Virus record (IMG/VR): IMGVR_UViG_3300035182_002389
Coordinates: 1 to 64,000 of that record
Strand: one strand, 5' to 3'
Source: a virus
Taxonomy: Duplodnaviria; Caudoviricetes
DNA: 64,000 nucleotides
Shown: positions 30,082 to 38,730 of the stretch, piece after piece
Position numbering within the stretch: the first letter of the stretch is position 1
Layout: each line of letters begins with the position of its first letter
Notes under the pieces: generated by a model
Seen by the model: the letters and a program-made list of their open reading frames with translations, nothing else
Told to the model about the DNA's origin: nothing
Databases searched by the model: none
Translations under genes and position numbers: made by a program

Positions 30082-32388
30082 ATGACCATCAAGGACGACA
30101 ACTTCTACACGAACCCGATGTTCACCTCCCCCGAGGAGGTGAAGGTTGCGGACCCTCCCGCGCGAGGCGGCTTGCCACAAGTCGCCGTCGATCCGACGTC
30201 TGTGCCCGCGTCGAAGGATTTTTCGTGGTCGTCGTACAAGGGCCAGCTCGACTGGCTGCCGCGGCGGACGATCTATTTGACGAGGCACGGATCGCACGCG
30301 TACGGCACCTCGCTGCCGACGAGCGATCTGGACATCCGCGGCGTCGCGATTGCGCCGATGCACTACTACACGGGTTTCCTCGACCGCTTCGAGCAAGCGG
30401 AATCGAAGGACCCGGATCTCGTCGTCTTCGAGCTGCGCAAGTTCTTCTCGCTCGCGGCCGACGCGAACCCGAACGCGCTGGAGATCCTGTTCACCGACCC
30501 GTCCGATTACCTGCGCGTGACGCCGTTCGGCGATCGGCTCCTGTCGATTCGCAAGATGTTCCTGAGCAAGAAGGCGAAGCACACGCTCTCGGGCTACGCC
30601 ATCAGCCAGCTCAAGCGCATCAACACGCACTACCGCTGGCTGAAGAACCCTCCGAAGGCGCCTCCGACGCGTAAGGAGTTCGGACTGCCGGAGCGCACGG
30701 TCATCCCGCAAGACCAGCTCGCGGCAGCTCAGGCCGCCGTCGACAAGCAGCTCGCGGTCTGGAACTTCACGGGCCTCGACACCGTGGACCCCGCCACGCG
30801 CATTGCCCTGCAAGGTTCGATGGCGGAGCTGCTCGCCGAGATCAAGGTCTCGGCCGACCGGCTCCCCGAGGTCGCCGCGCGCGCCATCGGCTACGACGAG
30901 AACTTCATCGAGCTGCTCGATCGCGAGCGCCACTACACCGGCCGCAAGCGCGAGTGGGACAACTACCAGACGTGGAAGAAGACGCGCAACCCCGCGAGAG
31001 CCGTGCTCGAAGAGCTGCACGGGTACGACTGCTACACCGATGACACGGAGTTTCTCACAGACGGAGGCTGGAAGTATTTCGACTCGGTAACCGCCAACGA
31101 CAAGCTTGCGACGGTGTTTGTGAACTGGTCGGACGATGCCATGACTCACCGTCGAGAATTTGGCGTCGAATACCAAGCGTTCACGGAGCGATTCGACGGA
31201 ACTTTCACGGGCAACCTTTACCATTTCGAGGGCAACCATCTCGACGTGCTCGTGACGCCGAATCACCGCATGCTCATGCGCAAGCGCGAACGTGCTTCAA
31301 GAAAAACGTCGGAGTGGGAGCTTTCTGAAGCCGCTCACGTGCCGGACACGTTCGAGTTCCTCCATACGGTTGCAGCGAAGGAGAAAACGTATGGCACGTC
31401 TTCCGTTTTCGACGGGCTGCCCATCGGCGAAACGCCATACCTTCGTCTGATGGGCTGGTACTTGTCCGACGGATCTATGGCGTTTCGCCCGTCCGGTATT
31501 CCTGACGACATTCGCATCAGTCAGAAGAAAGGCGGGCGACTCTACGGATCGATGCTCAAGTTCGCCCGAAAGTACGCTGGCAAGGGCGTTCCCTGCACGC
31601 TGTACGAGTACGAGCGCGAACCGACGGCGTTCAGGCCTTACAAGATCACCGAAGCCGTGTTGTCCGTCAGGCACCTGCCTATGGCGGAACGAATGCTTCG
31701 CGATTGCGGCTGCACCGACGGGAAGCGGATTCCGAGATGGGTCTTCACCCTCTCGGAGAGGCTTATGGAGATTCTGTTCGACGCCATGGCCGCAGGCGAC
31801 GGAACCATTCGCGACACGTCTCTGAAGTCGACGATTTACTACACAAATCTTCCTGGCCTGGCCGATGACGTTCAAGAGCTTGCGTTCTTGTGCGGCTGGG
31901 AGACGTCTATTTACGGCCCCTACGAGCCGCATGGCATGTATCACGTGCATGTCCACAAACACGCGGCAAGGACGCGCACGCTGATTCGGTGTCAGAACTT
32001 GTCGAAAGTCGCGGTCGAGAACCGTCGCATCGTCTGCTTCTCCGTTCCAAACTCGACGCTCGTGGTGCGCCGCAAAGGACACGTCAGCGTGCAGGGAAAC
32101 TGCAAGCACGGCATGCACCTCGTGCGACTCATGTGGACGTGTCGCGACCTGCTTACGACGGGTGAGTACATCGTCCGCCGCCCCGACGCCGAAGTGCTGC
32201 TCACGATTCGCAACGGCGCGTGGAGCTACGACAAGCTCATCGAGTTCGCCGAGGCCGAAGACAAGACGCTCACCGAGCTTGCGAAGACGTGCACGATCTT
32301 GCCGAAGGAGCCTCCGCGAAAGCAGCTCAACGAGCTGTGCGCCGGGCTCATCGAGGAGTTCAACGTCGAGATCATGCAGGGGCGGTGA
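30082..32388 (+). CDS. Pol-beta superfamily nucleotidyltransferase (Nuc-transf/RlaP-like) interrupted by an intein
   Basis: GSHAYGTSLPTSDLDIRG signature, ANPNALEILF, and the GYD/CKHGMHLVRL motif split by the intein. Confidence 0.85.
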   Translation: MTIKDDNFYTNPMFTSPEEVKVADPPARGGLPQVAVDPTSVPASKDFSWSSYKGQLDWLPRRTIYLTRHGSHAYGTSLPTSDLDIRGVAIAPMHYYTGFLDRFEQAESKDPDLVVFELRKFFSLAADANPNALEILFTDPSDYLRVTPFGDRLLSIRKMFLSKKAKHTLSGYAISQLKRINTHYRWLKNPPKAPPTRKEFGLPERTVIPQDQLAAAQAAVDKQLAVWNFTGLDTVDPATRIALQGSMAELLAEIKVSADRLPEVAARAIGYDENFIELLDRERHYTGRKREWDNYQTWKKTRNPARAVLEELHGYDCYTDDTEFLTDGGWKYFDSVTANDKLATVFVNWSDDAMTHRREFGVEYQAFTERFDGTFTGNLYHFEGNHLDVLVTPNHRMLMRKRERASRKTSEWELSEAAHVPDTFEFLHTVAAKEKTYGTSSVFDGLPIGETPYLRLMGWYLSDGSMAFRPSGIPDDIRISQKKGGRLYGSMLKFARKYAGKGVPCTLYEYEREPTAFRPYKITEAVLSVRHLPMAERMLRDCGCTDGKRIPRWVFTLSERLMEILFDAMAAGDGTIRDTSLKSTIYYTNLPGLADDVQELAFLCGWETSIYGPYEPHGMYHVHVHKHAARTRTLIRCQNLSKVAVENRRIVCFSVPNSTLVVRRKGHVSVQGNCKHGMHLVRLMWTCRDLLTTGEYIVRRPDAEVLLTIRNGAWSYDKLIEFAEAEDKTLTELAKTCTILPKEPPRKQLNELCAGLIEEFNVEIMQGR
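31030..32100 (+). mobile_element. intein (357 aa) with LAGLIDADG homing endonuclease
   Basis: Starts CYTDDTEFLT; block B VTPNHRM; LMGWYLSDG and FDAMAAGDG; ends VRRKGHVSVQGN followed by extein Cys; lower GC than flanks. Confidence 0.92.
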
Positions 32389-32750
32389 TGGTAACCGACA
32401 CCTACACGCCCATCCCGCAAATGGTCGGCGCGATCTTCTTCACCGCGTGCCGAACGAAGAAGCGCCTGCGGCTCGACGGGGACGTCTGGCACGCCCTGTT
32501 GTCTGGCGCTGAAGAAGGCAGCGGCAACGACGTCAGTATCGATCTGGAAGACGTGAGCGGGGATCTCAACGATCTCCTCGACTCGCCCATCACGCTCGCG
32601 GAAGAGGCGGCGCGCGAAGGTGAGGACAAGGCATCGTCGTGGACCTTCTACCGGATCGGCACGGCGAAAGGGATCGTCACGCTCCGCTTCTGGGGCGAGT
32701 CGAACGGGTACTACAGCACCGCCGCGGACGTATCCGTGTGGCGAACGTGA
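32388..32750 (+). CDS. conserved phage hypothetical protein
   Basis: LEDVSGDL.DL..SPI..AEE...WTFYRI.T.KG.VTLRF.GESNGYYS pattern. Confidence 0.65.
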   Translation: MVTDTYTPIPQMVGAIFFTACRTKKRLRLDGDVWHALLSGAEEGSGNDVSIDLEDVSGDLNDLLDSPITLAEEAAREGEDKASSWTFYRIGTAKGIVTLRFWGESNGYYSTAADVSVWRT

Positions 32751-32784
32751 AGGGGTCAATCATGAACGTGAAGGGGTCAATCAT
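32743..32784 (+). repeat. perfect 21-bp tandem duplication spanning stop, RBS and start
   Basis: gaacgtgaaggggtcaatcat twice; gives two in-frame ATGs. Confidence 0.9.
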
Positions 32785-33433
32785 GAGCGCGAAGGTCAAC
32801 GTTCGAGAGATGGACGCTCGTTACCGTCGCTACGAGTGGGGCTGCGGGGAGCTGGTCGAGGGGCTCACCGCCGACGAGATCAACGTCTGCTACTGCGACT
32901 GGAGCGGCTTCTGCCACGAGTCCATCGACAGCGGCAACCACTACAGGCGAATCTCGGGCGGCTGGACGCCGTGGGGCGTCTACGATCGCGTCGAGCGCCC
33001 CTTTGCGGAGGGCATCGAGTGCATCCGTCGGGGCACGCGCTTCAGCGAGCTGTACAACAAGCACTCGCGGGCTCGTTGCAGCGAAGGCTACACGAGCTTC
33101 ATCTTCCAGCCCGAGGTCGACACCGAAGCGCAGATTCGTGAGGGCGTCATCGAGATGCCGAACCTGCACCCCGTGCTGAAGGATCGCCTGCTCTACACGC
33201 TCGACATCGCGACGGGCAAGAAGGGAGGGTTCTACGCGACGCCCTCGCTCTGGGAGGAGACGCAAAACGCCGAGGGCGTCTTCTGCGACCGGATCGTGGA
33301 GCTTCATGGCGACGGCGCCTCGTTCGATCCCGCGCTGATTCGCGCGGGCATCGAGACCTCCCCGTTCCTCACCGAGAAGGCGCGCGAGAACCTCCTCTAC
33401 AACCTCGGCAACTTCGAGAGGAAGAGTGCGTGA
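32761..33433 (+). CDS. hypothetical protein
   Basis: ORF with two alternative starts created by the duplication. Confidence 0.65.
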
Positions 33434-34110
33434 TGCTCAAGAAGTTCTTCTCGACCGTGAGCGCCGAAATGTTCATGGACTCGGCCGGGCGATACGTCTT
33501 CCCCTTTGCCTCGGGCAGCAAGATGATGTGGGGCATCGAGCTTGCCGTTCGAGGGATCAAGGAGGACGACGACGTTGGTCCCCTGACGACGTTCTCGGAC
33601 CTGCTCGTCTTCGCGTACGGGCATACGAACGATCGCCGATACCGTGAAGGTCTCGGCGCGAAGGTGTTTCACATCCCGGGGCCGACGCGCGAGCTGGCGG
33701 GCTACGCCGGCCTCTACCGCGGGCAGAAGGCCTTCCTCGAATGCGTGAAGCGCGTCTCCGTCTGCGAGGACCACAACCTCCCCGTGATGCTCGCAGAGCC
33801 CCTGCAAGAGCACCGCTGCCTCGTCATCGGCCCCGTCGCCTCTCTCGGATGCGACGCGTACTTCTCGGATGAAGAGCCATGAGCGGGGGCAAAGGCGCAA
33901 GCCTTACCACTGGTATTGGGACTTCCTCTGGCACGCGCACCCGCCGGCCATCGGCGTGTACGGCAACAGCTACCAGAACGTTCTCGCGACCTTCCCTGCC
34001 GACGATGCGGGTTTCAGGGCCGCCGACAAGTTGCTCGACGATCTGCGTTCCGGTCGGACCCGTGAGAAGGTCGTGCTCAACGACTCCCTCAAAGCGATGA
34101 TGAGGATTTC

Positions 34111-34845
34111 GTGATCGTGCACATCCTCCTCATCGTCCTCTGCGCCGTCTCGTACGTCCTCATCGGCTACATGACGGCCGACTTCTTCAAGCAGCTCGCG
34201 CCGCCGCCGCCCTCACGCAAGGCGGCGGCCAAGCGCGGCGCCCCGGCCATCGAAGCGCCGAACCTCTTCATGGTTCGCACGGCCGCGCACGAGGCCGGCC
34301 ACGCCCTGCTCGCGCTCTCGACGACCGCCGTTGCGCGCGTGACGGGCATCCGTGTCGACGACGACGGGCTCGCGGGCGTGATGAACTACCGCAAATCGCA
34401 CCTCGTCTACCTCGACGAGAGCCCGCGGGCGCTCTGGTGCTTGCTCGTGATCGATCTCGGCGGCATGGTCGCTGAGATGATGGTGTGCGGTTCGGTGAAG
34501 ACCAACCCGTGCCGCGACGATCTGCTCTCGGCGCGCGCCTACGCGAAACAGATCGTCGACGTCTCGACGCTCGGCCGCTTTCCGTGGTCGAGGCCGCGGC
34601 GCACCAAGGCGCCCGATTTCCACCGCATGTTCGAGGGCGGCTTGCCCGAGGTCGAGCACGAGGTGATGAGCCTCGCCTACGGCCTCGCGTGGGACCTCTT
34701 GGAACGCCGCCGTGAGCAGCTCGACGAACTTGCCGCGCTGCTCGCACACAAGAAGGTGCTCAGCGAGCACGAGGTCGAGCAGTGGTTTGGCAACCGCAAC
34801 CTCTTGCTCGGCCTCGGCAAGATCATCGGCCATCGGTTCGTGTGA
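34111..34845 (+). CDS. membrane-anchored FtsH-type (M41) zinc peptidase domain without AAA module
   Basis: N-terminal TM; TAAHEAGHAL (HEXXH); LGGMVAE; DDL. Confidence 0.8.
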   Translation: MIVHILLIVLCAVSYVLIGYMTADFFKQLAPPPPSRKAAAKRGAPAIEAPNLFMVRTAAHEAGHALLALSTTAVARVTGIRVDDDGLAGVMNYRKSHLVYLDESPRALWCLLVIDLGGMVAEMMVCGSVKTNPCRDDLLSARAYAKQIVDVSTLGRFPWSRPRRTKAPDFHRMFEGGLPEVEHEVMSLAYGLAWDLLERRREQLDELAALLAHKKVLSEHEVEQWFGNRNLLLGLGKIIGHRFV

Positions 34846-35354
34846 GGAGCGCCATGCACCTGCATCGAGAAATGTCGGCCTGCAAAACCTGCCAGCGATA
34901 CGCCGCCGCGATGGCGGTCTTGATCGTGGTCTTGGCCGCCCTCGCCGTCCTCTCCGCCGTCTACCCCAACGCGACGTTCCCGTAGAGGAGCTTGTCGATG
35001 AAGCATGAAGCGCGAGGCTCCGGCCTCCTTCGGCAAGAGTGGTTCTCGGTCTGCTCGCGGCACAGGGCGCCTCACGAGGATTGCACGCTGTGCGATCAGG
35101 GCGAGTGGAAGTACGTCGCGTGGCTCGAAATCGAGCATGGCCTCTTCAGGCTCTCGCCGAGGCTGTGGAAGGCGTGGGCGAACCGGCCCTATCTGAACCC
35201 GAGCCGACGCTTCCTCGAAAGCGTGTTCCCCGGCCTGCGCAACAAGAGGTGACGAGATGGACAGCGGCCTCTTCAACATCTTCCTCGTGGGCGGCGTGCT
35301 CATCGGCACGCTCACCCACACCATCTGGACCACGTACCGACAAGGACCCGCGAA

Positions 35355-35882
35355 ATGAGCTACACGGCCCTCTGGTGGACCATCGGCATCCAAACGATCG
35401 TCATCATCGTCTACGACATCCTTTTGCGCGGCGCGAAGAAGGCCGGCGCGAAACAGGCCGTGAAGGAGCTGACGAAGGTCGAGGTTGTCGCAACGAGCCT
35501 CAACGACCTCGCAAAGCAGGTCCATGACCTGTCGTCGAGCAAGGGGTGGTGGGATGACCAGAAGGACAGCGAAGGCGTCCTCATCTACGACGAGGTCTGC
35601 GAGCAGGTCCCGCTCAAGCTCGTGCTCATCCACTCCGAGACGTCCGAGGCCGTCGAGGTCTACCGCGAGACCAAAGACCTCGCGGAGCTGCGCAAATCAA
35701 AGTTCGTCCTCGACAAGAACGGCGCCATGAAGCCCGTCGGATTTGACTCCGAGATTTCCGACGTGCTGATCCGCGCGCTCGACCTCACACACGCGCTCGG
35801 CATCGACATCGACAAGGCCGTCTCAGACAAGCACGCCTACAACCAGACCCGCGCGCATCGCCACGGCGGCAAGAGGGCGTAG
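35355..35882 (+). CDS. MazG-like nucleotide pyrophosphohydrolase with N-terminal TM
   Basis: LIHSETSEAVE...SEISDVLIRALD..IDIDKA..K..YN.TR.HRHGGK. Confidence 0.8.
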   Translation: MSYTALWWTIGIQTIVIIVYDILLRGAKKAGAKQAVKELTKVEVVATSLNDLAKQVHDLSSSKGWWDDQKDSEGVLIYDEVCEQVPLKLVLIHSETSEAVEVYRETKDLAELRKSKFVLDKNGAMKPVGFDSEISDVLIRALDLTHALGIDIDKAVSDKHAYNQTRAHRHGGKRA

Positions 35883-35888
35883 AGACGC

Positions 35889-35903
35889 GGCTTGTTGTAA
35901 GTC
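35889..35903. promoter_or_regulatory. GGCTT-N5-AAGCC operator candidate
   Basis: ggctt-gttgt-aagtc, intergenic. Confidence 0.45.
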
Positions 35904-36340
35904 GAACAGGCTGTGCTGCGCATCCTGTTTTGCGCAGCGTATGCCGCGTAAGCCGGCCATTTGGCAAGTCGCTTGCCGCGGGCCCCACACAGGAAGAGGA
36001 TCTCGCCATGCTCAAGGACGGCGCCGAGAACATCACGGTCAGCTTCAAGACGGAGGGTTCCGTCACCGCCGACGAGCTTGCACAGCTCGTCAAGGATTCG
36101 CCTTCGGGCATGGCGGGAGGCCAGGCGGGAGGCTGGAGCATCGTCTTCACGCGGCCTGGCTACAAGGCAAAGGCCGAGACGATCCACTACTGGTGCTTCT
36201 CGGCCCGCCGCATCGAGCAGGACGAGCCCTCGACGGAAGACCTGATGTTCATCCAGGGGTTCATCCGCAGCCTCGGCGGCCCCGACGTGCCGGGTGCGAC
36301 GACGACGCCGGGCGGCTGGTACTGGACGTGGGCGGTCGGC

Positions 36341-36490
36341 GGCGACTGAATCCCGCCAAAGGCGACTGAATCCCGCCAAAGGCGCCCGATCCCGCGCCGA
36401 AGGCGCGCCCGATCCCGCGTCGAAGGCGCGCCCGGTCCCGGTCCCGATCGCCCGGCCCCGGCCCCGGTCCCCGAGACGAGACGAGACGAA
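36341..36490 (+). repeat. Family A variant ((GGTCCC)n arms, cGAAg hairpins) preceded by a 20-bp tandem duplication
   Basis: ggcgactgaatcccgccaaa twice (36341-36380), then cgcgccgaaggcgcg, cgcgtcgaaggcgcg, ccggtcccggtccc, gagacgagacgagacg. Confidence 0.85.
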
Positions 36491-36566
36491 AAGGACGACC
36501 TTCGGTCGAGCACGGGCTTTGCCCGAGGACGCGCCTTCGGCGCGAGGACGGCCTTCGGCCGAGGAA
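36491..36566 (+). repeat. Family C array of four mini-hairpins
   Basis: Units [G/C]A-CG-stem-TTC/TTT-stem-CG-AG with different stems. Confidence 0.88.
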
Positions 36567-37044
36567 GGGAGAAGCGAGCCCGTGAAACGACAAGGCATCG
36601 ACTACATCCGGCCCTACATCGTCATCACGCGCGACCACGCCGAGGCCTTGTTCCCGGAGTGGCCGACACTTGTCGACGGGTGTGGCAAGGCCATCCTCGA
36701 CATGGGCGGCCCTGTCATCCTCCGCATTCACGAGCCTCGCGCGAAGGATAGGGGGCGCCACCACTTCACCTTCGAGGCCCCCTCGAACAACAAGACCCTC
36801 ACGATGTGGCGGTCGAGAGACGAGGTCGCCACCGCGGCCTTCAAGAACCCGCCGTGAGCGGCCCCATTCCCATCACGAAGTACGTCGACGGCAAGAAGGT
36901 TCCCTGCTGCCCGTACTGCGACGAGGCTCCGCTCGACGCTCGCAAACCGTCGAAGGATGGCAGCGTGCTCTGGGACTGCTGCGGATGCCTCGGCGTCTGG
37001 TTGTTTCGAGAAGGCTACTGGATCGCATTCTGAGAGGATTCGAG

Positions 37045-37722
37045 ATGATCATCGTAGAGCCCAGCGTCGTGATCGATGGCCCCGTGGACGGGGCCAAGAT
37101 GCTCCGCGATCTCGAATGGATCGCGCGCCACTGCTACAAGAGCGAAGGGCTCATCTGCGAGGGCAGCGCAGAGAAGATGGCGAAGAAGCTCTTCGAGAGC
37201 GACCCGCCCCACGTCGCCATGGGCGATCACATCACCCTGCGCTGCGTCTTCATCTGCGACCGCGGCGTCTCGCACGAGATGGTCCGCCACAAGATCGGCG
37301 TCGCCTTCGCGCAAGAGTCGACCCGCTACTGCAACTACAGCAAGGACAAGTTCGAGCGGCAGATCACGGTCATCCGTCCGCCGAACCTCAAGCGGCCCGA
37401 GCGATGGGAGAAGGCCATGCGAGACGCCGAAGAGGCGTACATGGAGATGCTCGACGCGGGCGACCCTCCCGAGATCGCGCGCTCGGTGTTGCCGAACGCG
37501 ACCAAGACCGAGGTCGTCTGCACGCACAACATCACGGCCTGGCGCCACATCTTCAACCAGCGGGCGGTGAGCAAGCGCGCGCACCCGCAGATGCGTCAGG
37601 TGATGGCGCCGCTGCTCTCGTGGTGCCGAGAGACGATCCCCGTCCTCTTCAACGACCGCGTCCCTGCGCCGCTCCCGGAGGGCGTGAAGCCCGCGATCGT
37701 CACCGTGGAGTGCCGGGAATGA
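37045..37722 (+). CDS. thyX: flavin-dependent thymidylate synthase
   Basis: RGVSHEMVRHK...QESTRY; ARSVLPNATKTE; NITAWRHIFNQR; AHPQMR. Confidence 0.92.
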   Translation: MIIVEPSVVIDGPVDGAKMLRDLEWIARHCYKSEGLICEGSAEKMAKKLFESDPPHVAMGDHITLRCVFICDRGVSHEMVRHKIGVAFAQESTRYCNYSKDKFERQITVIRPPNLKRPERWEKAMRDAEEAYMEMLDAGDPPEIARSVLPNATKTEVVCTHNITAWRHIFNQRAVSKRAHPQMRQVMAPLLSWCRETIPVLFNDRVPAPLPEGVKPAIVTVECRE

Positions 37723-38336
37723 GCGACCGCGAGGAGATGCGCAAGAACCCGTGGATCTTTCACGTCTTTCCTCCGAAGGTCGAGACGTGCACGGTGTGCG
37801 GCGGCTGCAAGTGTCAGAACCACCCGAAGATGCTCGTCTACCTCGACGGGCCGAGCTGGTCGCGCGAGCAGATGGTGCCTCCAGGCACAACGGTGCAAGA
37901 GCTGTCGGACTGGTGCGACAAGCTCCCTCACGTTCGACCTTTCCCGGTCCCCTGGGAAGGCATCGAGCGCCTTCACGCCGTCCTCAACGGCTTGCGGCAA
38001 GTCGTGCCCCCGGACGACGAGCTTCAGGCCATGGGGTTCGAGGTCGAGGGGCTCCTCGTCATCGTCGTGCCTCACAAGGCCGCGCGCCGGCCGATCTCGC
38101 CGCCCACCGTGAGCCCCTTGAACTGAGATGGACGCGAGGACCGCTTGGATCTTCGCGGGCGCAGTGTGGTGCTGCACCCTGCTCAGCATCGGCGTTACGC
38201 GGCTCTTGATCTGGAGGCTGCGCAAGAAGGTCGTCAGGCTCGAAAAGGCCGCCGCCCTGCACGACGAATGGTCGAAATCGAGGAAGGCGTCCGACAAAGG
38301 GACGCGCGTCCTCGACCTCGACCTTCACGACGAAGG

Positions 38337-38672
38337 CTAGTCGCGGTCTCGGAGCGCGCCGAGGACCGAGTAGGCCGCGCCGGCTGCGAGGCGGTCCATG
38401 TTCTCTTGGTGGCGGGCCTCTGGAGTCATCGAAGCGAGGCGGGTCTGGTCCTTGTTCCACATCCAGATGCCGACGCCCACCAGGCCGACCACGAGACCGC
38501 CGACGAGCAGGGTGCCGGTCGTGATCCCGGTCTGCTGCGGGGGCGCGGCATAGCCGATGGGCTGCGTGAACTGCGGGTCAGCGACGGGGACGACGGGAGC
38601 AACGACCGCTCCGGTGGAGGCGTTGCAAAGGAGGGGGCGACGGTACGGAGCGGCCATGGGCGGATCGTACAT
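38337..38672 (-). CDS. small membrane protein (virion-like)
   Basis: TM GTLLVGGLVVGLVGVGIWMW; isolated minus-strand gene. Confidence 0.55.
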   Translation of the reverse strand: MYDPPMAAPYRRPLLCNASTGAVVAPVVPVADPQFTQPIGYAAPPQQTGITTGTLLVGGLVVGLVGVGIWMWNKDQTRLASMTPEARHQENMDRLAAGAAYSVLGALRDRD

Positions 38673-38730
38673 GGCGTGAGATGACGCGACAACCGCGTCT
38701 ACGGGCAGGCGGCAGGAAAGGCGGGTGGCG

